The notes under the pieces are model-generated. The model had not been told where the DNA came from and did not search any database. It saw nothing but the letters and a program-made list of their open reading frames with translations. The translations under genes and the position numbers were made by a program. A stretch of 64,000 nt of DNA, taken from NCBI GenBank assembly GCA_965208575.1, contig CBDBOV010000005.1:1-64000 (forward strand), read 5' to 3'. The first letter of the stretch is position 1; the number at the start of each line of letters is the position of its first letter. The stretch is from Spirochaetia bacterium. GTDB lineage: Bacteria > Spirochaetota > Spirochaetia > SZUA-6 > Bin103. This document shows positions 48,859 through 58,666 of the stretch, piece by piece.

Positions 48859-51417
48859 ATGAGCGACAGCCCCTCCCGCACCGCAACCGACGGCCGGCCT
48901 CCGCTGGCCGGCATCCGCGTGGTCGATTTCGGCCACTACCTCGCCGGACCACTAACCGGCATGCTGCTCGCCGACCAGGGCGCCGAGGTGATCAAGGTCG
49001 ACCGTCCCGGACACCCCTCCCGCGCCACGCCCGCCGGGGCGGTGCTCAACCGCGGCAAGCAGGTAGTCGAACTTGACCTGAAGAGCGATGCCGGGCGCGA
49101 GGCCGCGCAACGCCTGGTGGCCGCGGCCGACGTGTTAATCGAGAACTTCCGGCCCGGCGTGATGGACCGGTTGGGGCTGGGCGCCGCGGCCATGACGGCA
49201 GCGCACCCGCACTTGGTGTACCTCTCCCTGCCCGGCTTCGCAGCCGGCGAGAAACGCGCTTCGATGCGCGCCTTCGAGGGCGTGCTCAACGCGGCCACCG
49301 GCGTGTACACCGACCTGCACTCGATCCGCCGCGCGCTGCACGCGCCGCCGCAATACACGCCGATCCCGCTGGCCTCCGCCTACGGCGCGGTGCACGGCGC
49401 CATCGCCGTGGCCATGGCGCTGTACGCGCGCGAGGAGCGCGGGCGCGGGGAGGCGATCGAGGTGCCGCTCGCCGGCGCCGCGATGTCGGCCATGGGCGCC
49501 TTCCTGCTGCGCGTGGCCGATGCGCCGGCGCGCTACGGCAAGCGCCGCAACCCCACCAACGACGGGCTGCGCGAACAGATGCGGCACGCCGATGCGGACG
49601 AGCGGCGCCGGCTGATCGATGCGCAGCGTCGGTGGCTGCCGGTCATGTTCGACAGCTACCAGGCGGGCGACGGCCGCTGGGTGTTCCTGCTCGCCGGCAA
49701 CAGCAGTCGCAACTCGGTACAGCTCAGCAAGGCGCTCGGCATCTACGACGCCCTGATCGCCGACGGCATGGTCGACCTGCCGCCCTGGCCCGACCTCACG
49801 CGCCCCAACAACATCCAGGATGTCGATGGCCTGTCGCGCGAGTACCGGAAGCTCGTTCGCGACCGCATGACCGCCGCCTTCCGGCAGAAGCGCGCGCACG
49901 ACTGGACGCCGATCATGCGCGCGCATGGCGTGCCGTTCAGCGTGCACCGCAGCACGCAGGAGTGGCTGCATGCGCCGGAAACCGACGCCGCCGCGTTGAC
50001 CGTGGAGGTGGACGACCCGGCGCACGGCGCGATCCGCCAGTTCGGCGTGCAGACTTCGCTGGGCCGTACCGCCCGGGAGTGGCATGTGCCGCGTCCGGCC
50101 CGGGCCGTCGACCTCACCGCCCTGCTGCGGAATCTCCCGGAGGCGTCTGCAAACGGCACCGGCGCCGGCGGAAGCGCCGCCCGCGCCGATGGGACGCCGC
50201 CACCGATTCTCGCCGACATCAAGGTGCTGGACCTGTCCACGGTGCTGGCCGGACCCTGCTGCGCCCGGACCCTGGCGGAGTACGGCGCCGACGTCATCAA
50301 GATCGATTCGCCCAACCCCTACTTCCTGCCCTCGACCGCATGCTATCTGCACCTCGAGGTAGGCCAGGGCAAACGCAGCATGATCCTGGACCTCAAGCAG
50401 GTAGCGGGCAAACGGCTGTTCGAACAGCTCGCGGCCGGCGCCGACGTGATCGTGCACAACTTCCGGCCCGGCGTGGCCGAGCGCCTCGGCATCGACCATG
50501 CCAGCCTGGCGCGCATCAATCCCGGCATCGTGTATCTCAACCTGACCGCGTTCAATGGTCCGCGCCGCGGGCCGTGGACCGAGTTGCCCGGCTTCGACCC
50601 GGTGCTGCAGGCCGCCACCGGCATCCAGCAGCGCTACGGCGGCCCCGACGGGCCGCCCGAGTTGCACGGCTTCGCCTCCTGCATCGACTACATCACCGGC
50701 TACTCGGGCGCCTACGGCATCGCGCTTGCCCTGCTGCGCCGCAAGCGCGAGGGCGGCGGCGACCTGGTGTTCACTTCCCTGGCGCAGGGCGGGCAACTGG
50801 TGCAGGCGCCGTTCGTATGGGCCACCGCCGATGCCCTGCCCGACGACGGCCCGCACGGCCAGGAGGTGCTGGGCAAACACTCGCTGGAGCACCTGTACCG
50901 CGCCGCCGACGGCTGGCTCGTGCTCACCGGCCTGCCCGAGGACCTGCCGCGGCTGCGCGACGTCCCCGGCCTGGCGGCGGCCCCGGTCGCCGCGGACCAG
51001 GATGCGGAACGCATCGCCGCCCTGCGGGCCGCCATCGCCGAACATCCGGCGGCCCACTGGGAGCAGGCATTTTCCGCCGCCGGCTTCGGCTGCCACCGCG
51101 TCGACTACATCGAAGACATACGCCGCACCGGCCTGCGCGAGATCACCGACGCCGAACGCGCATCATGGAGCGAAGCCGAGTCGATCGCGGTGATCCGCCT
51201 TCTCGACCACCCGGCCGGCAGCGCGGTCGACAACCCGGCGCCCACCTACGCGCGCTTCGCCGGCACCGCGCTGCGCCTCGCCGACCCGATGCCCAAGGTC
51301 GGCGCCCACACCCGCGCCGTGCTGCGCGAGCTCGGCCACGACGACGCGCAGATCGACCGCTGGATCGCCGCCGGCGTCGCCGCCGAACAGCTCCACGACG
51401 CCTACCTCCCCCACTGA
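48859..51417 (+). CDS. Fused two-domain CaiB/BaiF (family III) CoA-transferase
   Basis: Two copies of L.GIRV.D...LAGP / GA.VIK / NFRPGV. Confidence 0.88.
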   Translation: MSDSPSRTATDGRPPLAGIRVVDFGHYLAGPLTGMLLADQGAEVIKVDRPGHPSRATPAGAVLNRGKQVVELDLKSDAGREAAQRLVAAADVLIENFRPGVMDRLGLGAAAMTAAHPHLVYLSLPGFAAGEKRASMRAFEGVLNAATGVYTDLHSIRRALHAPPQYTPIPLASAYGAVHGAIAVAMALYAREERGRGEAIEVPLAGAAMSAMGAFLLRVADAPARYGKRRNPTNDGLREQMRHADADERRRLIDAQRRWLPVMFDSYQAGDGRWVFLLAGNSSRNSVQLSKALGIYDALIADGMVDLPPWPDLTRPNNIQDVDGLSREYRKLVRDRMTAAFRQKRAHDWTPIMRAHGVPFSVHRSTQEWLHAPETDAAALTVEVDDPAHGAIRQFGVQTSLGRTAREWHVPRPARAVDLTALLRNLPEASANGTGAGGSAARADGTPPPILADIKVLDLSTVLAGPCCARTLAEYGADVIKIDSPNPYFLPSTACYLHLEVGQGKRSMILDLKQVAGKRLFEQLAAGADVIVHNFRPGVAERLGIDHASLARINPGIVYLNLTAFNGPRRGPWTELPGFDPVLQAATGIQQRYGGPDGPPELHGFASCIDYITGYSGAYGIALALLRRKREGGGDLVFTSLAQGGQLVQAPFVWATADALPDDGPHGQEVLGKHSLEHLYRAADGWLVLTGLPEDLPRLRDVPGLAAAPVAADQDAERIAALRAAIAEHPAAHWEQAFSAAGFGCHRVDYIEDIRRTGLREITDAERASWSEAESIAVIRLLDHPAGSAVDNPAPTYARFAGTALRLADPMPKVGAHTRAVLRELGHDDAQIDRWIAAGVAAEQLHDAYLPH

Positions 51418-51586
51418 CCCGGCATTATGGACGGCTGCCAACACATTCAGGAGACCGTTGTGCTGCTCAGGATCCTGGCGCTCGGCAACCGGCAGATCGA
51501 AGCCGGCCAGGTGCGGACCGCCGCCGATGTCGTGGCGCAGTTTCGGGACCGCCGCCGCGGGCAGCGCGGCGTGGAAGGGTGCGCGC

Positions 51587-52807
51587 ATGGCTGACGGATT
51601 CTGCGAGAAGCGGCTGCAACGGATCGAGCCGGTGCTGCGCCGCTACGTCGAGGCCGGCGAGTTGCCCGGCTACCTGCTGCTGATCTCGCGGCGCGGGCGG
51701 GAGGCGCTGTTCCTGTCCGGCGGCCAGATGGACGTGGAGCGCGCGCGGCCCTTCGAGCGCGACACCATCGTGCGCATCTACTCCATGACCAAGCCGATCG
51801 CCAGCGTCGCCCTGATGCAGCTCTACGAACAGGGTGCGTTCCAGTTGGACGATCCGGTGAGCCGCTACATCCCCGGCTGGGACCGGCTGCGAGTGTTCGC
51901 CGGCGGCGACGAGCACCACTTCGGAACCCGCGAGCCCGACCGCGAAGTGATCGTCAAGGACCTGCTCACCCACACCTCCGGCCTCACCTACGGCTTCATG
52001 CACAGCCACCCCGTGGACGCCATGTACCGTGCCCGCGTCTCCGCGAACGACCCGCTGGAGACCGTGATCGCCACCCTCGGCGAGCTGCCGCTGCAGTTCT
52101 CGCCCGGCACGCGCTGGCAGTACGGCATGTCCACGGACGTGGTCGGCTACCTGGTGCAGGTGCTGTCCGGCCAGCCGCTGGACGACTACGTCGCCGAACA
52201 CGTCACCGGGCCGCTCGGCATGGCCGACAGCGGCTTCACCGTGCCCGCCGGCCGCGCCGGGCGGTTCGCCGCCTGCTACGAGGGTGCGCGCGCCGAACCG
52301 GGCGCCCCCGCCTACCGGCTCACCGACAACCCGGCCACCAGCCGCTACCTCGGCCCGCCCGCCATGCTGTCCGGCGGCGGCGGCATGGTCGCCACCATCG
52401 ACGACTACGGCCGCTTCGCCGACATGCTGCTCGGCAAGGGCGAACTCGACGGCGTCCGCGTGCTCGGCCGCAAGACCGTCGAGTACATGACCTGCAACCA
52501 CCTGCCCGGTGGCCGCGACCTTGCCGCCATGGGGGTGCCGGTGTTCAGCGAGACCCCGTTCGCCGGCGTCGGCTTCGGGCTCGGCTTCTCGGTCAACCTC
52601 GACCCGGCCGCGGCCAACGTGATCGACTCCCCCGGCCAGTTCGCCTGGGGCGGCCTCGCCGGCACCTACTTCTGGGTCGACCCCGTCGAGGAACTGAGCG
52701 TCGTCTTCTTCGCCCAGCTCACCCACTCCGGCGCCGTCCCCACCAGCCCGCCCCGCGCCCTCCGCCGCCGCCTGAAACCCCTCATCTACCAGGCCCTGGT
52801 CGACTGA
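51587..52807 (+). CDS. Serine hydrolase, beta-lactamase family
   Basis: YSMTK (SxxK), LLTHTSGL, PGTRWQYG, WGGLAGTYFWVDP. Confidence 0.9.
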   Translation: MADGFCEKRLQRIEPVLRRYVEAGELPGYLLLISRRGREALFLSGGQMDVERARPFERDTIVRIYSMTKPIASVALMQLYEQGAFQLDDPVSRYIPGWDRLRVFAGGDEHHFGTREPDREVIVKDLLTHTSGLTYGFMHSHPVDAMYRARVSANDPLETVIATLGELPLQFSPGTRWQYGMSTDVVGYLVQVLSGQPLDDYVAEHVTGPLGMADSGFTVPAGRAGRFAACYEGARAEPGAPAYRLTDNPATSRYLGPPAMLSGGGGMVATIDDYGRFADMLLGKGELDGVRVLGRKTVEYMTCNHLPGGRDLAAMGVPVFSETPFAGVGFGLGFSVNLDPAAANVIDSPGQFAWGGLAGTYFWVDPVEELSVVFFAQLTHSGAVPTSPPRALRRRLKPLIYQALVD

Positions 52808-52883
52808 CCCCGTTTCCCCGGGCAGTCGCCGCGCTTGCCCCCACAACTTGTAATCCGATAGTCTACCTTCCGATTTACAAGGT

Positions 52884-54068
52884 ATGGATTACGTTCCGCG
52901 TTCGTTGACCGATCGACTACGAAGCTTCCTCGCGACCTTTCCGGTGACCCTCATCGTGGGCCCCCGGCAGGTCGGCAAGAGTACCTTCGTGCGCCATGAG
53001 CTTCCCGAGCACGCGCACTACGACCTCGAGCGCCCCGCGGACGCGGCCCTGATCGCAGCCGATCCGGAGCTGTTCTTCCGCGACCACCCCGGTCCGATCT
53101 GCATCGACGAAGTGCAACGAAATCCCGACCTGTTTCCGGTCATTCGGTACGTCGTCGACCAGCATCGAACTCCGGGCAGACTGGTGCTGCTCGGCTCGGC
53201 CGCGCCACCGCTCCTGCGGGTTGCCGCCGAGACCCTCACCGGACGCCTTGGAATCCTCGAACTGAGCGGATTCTCGACCGCCGAACTCGCGCCGCACATC
53301 CCGTGGCAGGAACGATGGCTCTGGGGCGGCCTGCCGCCCATCTACGGGTTACCGAACGATGAGGCGCGCATGCTGTGGCTCTCCAGCTATGTAACCACGC
53401 TGATCGAGCGGGACCTGCCGCAGTTGGGAGTACGGGTGCCGGCCGCCCGAATTCGCGCCCTGTGGACCATGCTCACCCACGTGAACGGCGGCCTGCTGAA
53501 CCTTGCGGCTCTCGCCCGCTCTCTGCAGTTGAATGGAGCGACGGTGCGCCACTACCTGGACGTTCTCGAGGGTGCGCTCATGATCACCAGCCTGCGTCCC
53601 TACTTCGCCAACGTCGGCAAGCGGCTCACCCGCAGCCCCAAGATCTACTTCCGCGACACCGGGATCCTGCACACCCTGGCCAACGCAAACAGCAGCCGCG
53701 GCGCACTCGACACCTGGCCGGGCCGCGGCGCGTCGTTCGAGACGCTCGTCCTGATGGACCTGATGGCCGCCGCCCGCGACCAACTCCCCGACCCGCGGTT
53801 CTGGTTCTGGCGCACCCAGTCCGGCGCCGAAGTCGACCTGCTGATCGAGTCAGGCCGCGACCTGCTCCCGGTCGAGGTCAAGCACGCTGCCGCCGTATCC
53901 CGCTACGACACCGCCGGCCTGACTCAGGCGATGCGCGACCTGGACCTGCCACGCGGCTTCGTGATCTACCGCGGAACCGACCAGCGCAAGCTGGCAGCCA
54001 ACGTCTGGGCCGTGCCCTGGGACGACGTAGCCAACGGCTCATCATGGCCCTGGCAGTTCTCCGAATGA
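52884..54068 (+). CDS. AAA_14 ATPase with DUF4143 domain
   Basis: GPRQVGKST, DEVQ, LLGSA, ETLTGR, SPKIYFRDTG, EVDL, VEVK. Confidence 0.9.
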   Translation: MDYVPRSLTDRLRSFLATFPVTLIVGPRQVGKSTFVRHELPEHAHYDLERPADAALIAADPELFFRDHPGPICIDEVQRNPDLFPVIRYVVDQHRTPGRLVLLGSAAPPLLRVAAETLTGRLGILELSGFSTAELAPHIPWQERWLWGGLPPIYGLPNDEARMLWLSSYVTTLIERDLPQLGVRVPAARIRALWTMLTHVNGGLLNLAALARSLQLNGATVRHYLDVLEGALMITSLRPYFANVGKRLTRSPKIYFRDTGILHTLANANSSRGALDTWPGRGASFETLVLMDLMAAARDQLPDPRFWFWRTQSGAEVDLLIESGRDLLPVEVKHAAAVSRYDTAGLTQAMRDLDLPRGFVIYRGTDQRKLAANVWAVPWDDVANGSSWPWQFSE

Positions 54069-54146
54069 CAGCCCGTCACTCGGAACGCGACTCTCTCGTT
54101 CCACATCCGAACAACGAACGGGTGTAGCGAACTGGGTTCTTGTCCT

Positions 54147-54479
54147 TCACCAGGGTTCCTTCGTCAACGAAGCGCCGCAACCAGATCCCTCGTGTGTGTG
54201 CCAGCGCTCTACCGCCTGGCTCAGCAGGAATCCTCTATTCAGCAAGGATCTCAGCCGAATCTCGTCGACCACAGCGCCGCAGTGCGCAAGCAGCCGATCA
54301 GCCCCCGGCTCCAGCAGGTCGGCTGGCTCGGATTGGACTGATGCCAGGCAAGGCCTCAGCTTCCGGTACTCGCCGGCGGTAAGGACCTGTGCTCGTGGTC
54401 CACGATTGCTGACCACCAAGGGAGCGGTAAGCAGCAGGATCGCCGTCGTGTTGGCGGACAGACCATTTGTTTCGTTCAC
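54147..54479 (-). pseudogene. N-terminal relic of a DprA/Smf-like protein
   Basis: LSANTTAILLLTAPL...LTAGEYRKL...LLNRGFLLSQAVERW, then sequence diverges; Rossmann-fold core missing. Confidence 0.55.
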
Positions 54480-54642
54480 AATCTCGTGCCTTGTCCGAGG
54501 CTGTCGTTAGCCGGCGGCGCCGGTACCGCGATCATCATCGTCTTCCGTCCCACCCGGCCCGCCTGATCTGCCGTACGTCGGCGGTTGCCTCCGAGCACCG
54601 CCCAAGCCTTACGGACGCCTCGGTTTGCAGTAGTATAGCGCC

Positions 54643-55290
54643 GTGGAGCAACGGTTCTTCGAACAACCGATCCTGAACTCGCCGTACGAGTACCCGGGGC
54701 GGCACTGGGAGCTGGATGAGAACCGCCAGCCTACCAACCGAATCGTCGAGCGGCGCCGAAGCGTCTCGTTCATCACGCCTATCCCCGCGCCGCGCAAGCA
54801 GCGCGGTCGGCAACGCGCGTTCGAGTTCGATAAGGCGTCCAGCGGTCGGGACCGACGACCAGCATTACGAACTGACCCGGATGATCGAGAGCGTCCGCCA
54901 CAGCGTCGACGAGTGGCGCAAGCTGCCCCGCGCCAAGTGGCGGTTCACCCCCGATACGGCACGGCTGCTCCACCACTGGCGGCTGGCATGCCGGTGGCCG
55001 ACAACATTCCCGGCGCCGACATGCCCAAGTTCCGCAACCTGTGGGAGCACATCGGCAAGCGCATGCTCCGGAAGGGGCGCGCCAAGGCGGCAGCGCTCGA
55101 CCCGCTCAGCATTCCGGTAGAGCTACAGACCGCGCTCGAAGCGCTCTACGGCCACTACGTGAAGGTCTTCGACCAGTGGCGCGCAGTTGGTAAAGAGGAC
55201 TTGTACACGATGCAGAATGATCTTGAGACTGCGGCTGAAGCAGAGGTGCGTTTCGGTGAGCTGATCGGAGGAGCCCTGCGGGCGACATGA
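54643..55290 (+). pseudogene. Collapsed relic of a type III restriction (Res) subunit, BPTD_3080-like
   Basis: N-terminus FFEQPILNSPYEYPGRHWELDE, frameshift near 54840, mid fragment MPKFRNLWEHIG...LQTALEALYGHY, C-terminal tail; no helicase motifs left. Confidence 0.65.
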
Positions 55291-56483
55291 GAGGAGCCAC
55301 CGACCCGCGATTGGTGACGAGGATCGCCCTGCGGAACTACAAGAGCATCGCCGCGTGCGACGTACACTTGGCGCCGCTGTCCTTTCTCGTCGGCCCAAAC
55401 GGTTGCGGTAAGAGCAACTTCCTTGATGCCCTGCGCTTCGTGGCCGAGGCGCTGCGCTTCTCGCTCGACCACGCGCTGCGCGACCGCGGCGGCATCCAGG
55501 AAGTACGGAGACGCTCCGGCGGCCACCCCAATCACTTCGGCATTCGCCTCGACCTTCAACTCCCGGGCGTGGAGGGTTGGTATGCGTTTCGGGTAGCGGC
55601 GAAACCGGGAGGTCGTTACGGCGTTCAGCAGGAGGAGTGCTTCGTGCTCGGTGCTCAGGGCCACGGCTCCTACAAGGTCGCGAACGGCAAGGTTGTGGAC
55701 AGCACGACACCCAATCCTCCGGCGTGCGCCAGCGACCGCCTCTACCTCGTCAACATGTCCGGGTTCGATCTGTTCCGCCCACTCTATGACGCACTCTCCG
55801 GAATGGGCTTCTACAACCTGAACCCGGATGCGATTCGCGATCTGCAGTCACCTGACCCCGGCGAGCTCCTGAAACGGGATGGAAGCAACTTGGCGAGCGT
55901 GCTGTCCAACCTCGACGGAATCCGCAAGACGGCCGTGGAAGAATACCTCGCCGCGATAACCCCGGGGGTCGCTGGTGTAGGAGCGCGCACCATGGGCACC
56001 AAGCTCACGCTCGACTTCCGGCAAGAGGTGCGGGGAGCCAAGCATCCATGGCGGTTCCTGGCCAGTAACATGTCCGACGGCACGCTGCGCGCGCTTGGCG
56101 TCCTGGTGGCGCTGTTTCAGGGCAACGGCGCAGCGATGGGACGCAGCCACCTGGTCGGCATCGAAGAACCGGAGAGCGCCCTGCATCCGGCCGCCGCCGG
56201 CGTCCTCATCGACAGCCTCACCGACGCCAGCCAGTTGGCTCAGGTCGTGGTTACGAGCCACAGCGCGGATCTGCTCGACAACTCCGCCATCCCCGACAGC
56301 GCAATCCTGGCCGTCCTGTCCGAGCACGCCGAAACCAGGATCGGCCCCCTCGACGAGGCCGGCCGCTCCGCGCTCCGCGATCACCTGTTCACCGCCGGCG
56401 AATTGCTGCGGATGGACCAGGTGCGCCCCGATCCGGAGCAGGCGGCTCCCCAACAGCTCGACCTGTTCGCGAGCACACGCTAA
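55287..56483 (+). CDS. ABC-type (AAA_21-like) ATPase
   Basis: LRNYKSI, GPNGCGKSN, MSDGT signature, IEEPE, LHP, VTSHS. Confidence 0.88.
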   Translation: MRGATDPRLVTRIALRNYKSIAACDVHLAPLSFLVGPNGCGKSNFLDALRFVAEALRFSLDHALRDRGGIQEVRRRSGGHPNHFGIRLDLQLPGVEGWYAFRVAAKPGGRYGVQQEECFVLGAQGHGSYKVANGKVVDSTTPNPPACASDRLYLVNMSGFDLFRPLYDALSGMGFYNLNPDAIRDLQSPDPGELLKRDGSNLASVLSNLDGIRKTAVEEYLAAITPGVAGVGARTMGTKLTLDFRQEVRGAKHPWRFLASNMSDGTLRALGVLVALFQGNGAAMGRSHLVGIEEPESALHPAAAGVLIDSLTDASQLAQVVVTSHSADLLDNSAIPDSAILAVLSEHAETRIGPLDEAGRSALRDHLFTAGELLRMDQVRPDPEQAAPQQLDLFASTR

Positions 56484-56486
56484 CGG

Positions 56487-57065
56487 ATGTCGACCATCGT
56501 CGCGATAGTGGAAGGGCCGGGCGAAGTGGAAGCCGTACCGATCCTGATCCGGCGCATCGCCGCGGCGCTTCCCAGCGCCGCACCGCACGTGCCGAGACCG
56601 ATTCGGATTAAGCGCGACCGCTTCCTCAAGGCAAACGAACTGGAGCGATACGTTGACTTGGCGGCCCGCCAGTCCGGCCCCGATGGTGGAGTACTCATCG
56701 TACTGGACGCCGACGATGACTGTCCCCCGGAACTCGCTGCAACGATTCTCCGGCGGGCCACGCGCGCACGCAGCGACCGCCCGATCAGGGTAGTCCTGGC
56801 GAAGCGAGAGTACGAGGCGTGGTTCCTCGCCGCGGCGGCCTCGATCGCGGGCCGCCGCGGCCTCGCGGGAGACATCACCGCGCCAACTGAAGCCGAGTCG
56901 ATCCGCGACGCCAAGGGATGGCTGACCTCGTGCATGCCACCGGGCCGTGCCTACAAAGAGACGCGGGACCAGCCCGCGCTGACCAGCATGTTCGATCTCG
57001 CCGCGGCGAGGCGCGGAGCCCCCTCATTCGACAAGATGTGGCGCACGGTGACCCAGTTGCTATGA
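56487..57065 (+). CDS. DUF4276-like TOPRIM-fold protein
   Basis: IVEGPGE, LDADDDCP, EYEAWFLA, YKETRDQ, PSFDK. Confidence 0.78.
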   Translation: MSTIVAIVEGPGEVEAVPILIRRIAAALPSAAPHVPRPIRIKRDRFLKANELERYVDLAARQSGPDGGVLIVLDADDDCPPELAATILRRATRARSDRPIRVVLAKREYEAWFLAAAASIAGRRGLAGDITAPTEAESIRDAKGWLTSCMPPGRAYKETRDQPALTSMFDLAAARRGAPSFDKMWRTVTQLL

Positions 57066-57197
57066 CTCGCTTGGTCGGGCCAAGAGCAGGAGTGGTACGA
57101 TGACGCGATGCAGGGAGCTTCCATGAGAGCAGCGACGGCCGGCGGCGGATCGGGTGGCAAGCCATGGGGACAGTTGAAACCGGTCACTTCAAACAGT

Positions 57198-57320
57198 TTG
57201 AGCAGAGAACAGGTCCTCGCTCTGCTGCGCGCGCACAAGGCGACCCCTGCGCAGCGCTTTGATGTTGCTGAACTCGCCCTGTTCGGCTCCGTCGCCCACG
57301 ACCAGGCCGCCGATGACTTG
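57198..57320 (+). pseudogene. Truncated minimal nucleotidyltransferase (MNT antitoxin) relic
   Basis: REQVLALLRAHK...RFDVAELALFGSVAHDQA, ends before the DxD motif. Confidence 0.6.
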
Positions 57321-57410
57321 GCGCGACTGCTGTCACGTCCTAATGCGACCGACACGCTACCGCTCAGCGCGTGACAATACATCACCAAACTTACGAGCCA
57401 CAGCACTAAG

Positions 57411-58124
57411 GTGGAAATGGAACTAGTGACGGAATCCGACTTCCACGACGAAATGAAGAGCCTCTATCGCCGATCCGGGGATGCCATTGGCTACTGGCCC
57501 AGCCGTTTCCTCGCTGCTGTCAAGGCGCACGGAGGCGTTACGTACGCCAAGAAGCTTCTCGCACCCGGAGCCCCAAGCGCGGGATTGGCTCGGTTGGTCG
57601 AGGCAGGCCGCGCAGACCTCAGTGTTGAGTACCTCGCACTGGATAAGCGCTATCGGCACTTCTTCACCAAGGACGAGCGTGACGAGGCCAAGAGCCGACT
57701 GCCACCTCTATCCGGTCCAGCCTTTCCTGACCTAGCCCCACCCGATCAGCCAGCAACAGTCGGCGAGCTGAGCAAGAAGGAGATCTACAAGGAAGGGGAT
57801 GTCCAACGAGTGATGGTGAATCGCTACGAGCGTGACCCCAAGGCGCGTGACGACTGCATCGATCATCACGGACTCCGATGCGCGGTATGCGACCTGAGTT
57901 TCGAGGAGCGGTACGGCGACCCGGGCACAGGATTCATTCACGTCCACCACACGCGCCCGCTACACCGAAAGAGAACCTCAAGTCCCGTGAACCCGAAGAC
58001 TGATCTGATCCCCGTCTGCCCGAACTGTCACGCGATGCTGCACCGCCGCGATCCGCCCTATGATGTCGCGCAACTCAGAAGGATGCTGCGACCGATCAAT
58101 CAGCGATCTGCCGGGGGCCAATAG
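57411..58124 (+). CDS. HNH endonuclease (McrA-like C-terminus) with unassigned N-terminal domain
   Basis: EG...VNRYERDPKAR, CAVC, FIHVHH, DLIPVCPNCHAMLH. Confidence 0.85.
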   Translation: MEMELVTESDFHDEMKSLYRRSGDAIGYWPSRFLAAVKAHGGVTYAKKLLAPGAPSAGLARLVEAGRADLSVEYLALDKRYRHFFTKDERDEAKSRLPPLSGPAFPDLAPPDQPATVGELSKKEIYKEGDVQRVMVNRYERDPKARDDCIDHHGLRCAVCDLSFEERYGDPGTGFIHVHHTRPLHRKRTSSPVNPKTDLIPVCPNCHAMLHRRDPPYDVAQLRRMLRPINQRSAGGQ

Positions 58125-58339
58125 CGACCGCGCATCCATCGATAGCACTCAGAGACAGCTTCCTCTATGGATGTCCGTGTCCCGTCCCGCGGAAGTTGCA
58201 TCGGACGCCCACGGTGCTGTAAACGCACGGTTTCTCAACGCTCGCCCGCCAAATAGTTGCGCCGCTCCGGTGTGCGGGTGATGTTCAAGACGCCCGCCGC
58301 TCCGCCTAACGATACGTCCGCACGCTGTTCTCGTGGCGC

Positions 58340-58585
58340 TGCTGAGGCGGTCGGCTCGATGCACCTCGCCAAGGGTCTGGAGTTTCGCGCCGCGGTAGTC
58401 GCCGCCTGCAACGACGAGATACTGCCTTCGCAAGAGAGAGAATCGCGCGAGTCGGCGACCAAACCGAACCTGACGAGGTCTACACCACCGAACGCCACCT
58501 TCTGTACGTCGCGTGGACGTGCGCTTGCGTCCATCTCCTGGTCACCGGCGTGGACCCGGCTCCGCGTTCCTCGACGATCTCGCAC
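58340..58585 (+). pseudogene. C-terminal relic of a UvrD/Rep-family helicase
   Basis: SMHLAKGLEFRAAVV, then (frameshifted) ERHLLYVAWT...LLVTG. Confidence 0.65.
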
Positions 58586-58666
58586 ACCTCCCCCAGTTGC
58601 CGCACTGGATGGCCACACGAAGTGAAGCTTGAAAACATTCGTACACTGTGGGATCGTTTGCAACCG

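Noticed and set aside
51587-52807. Beta-lactam resistance gene
   Set aside because: The sequence fits the broad esterase-like serine hydrolase group; there is no evidence for beta-lactamase activity.
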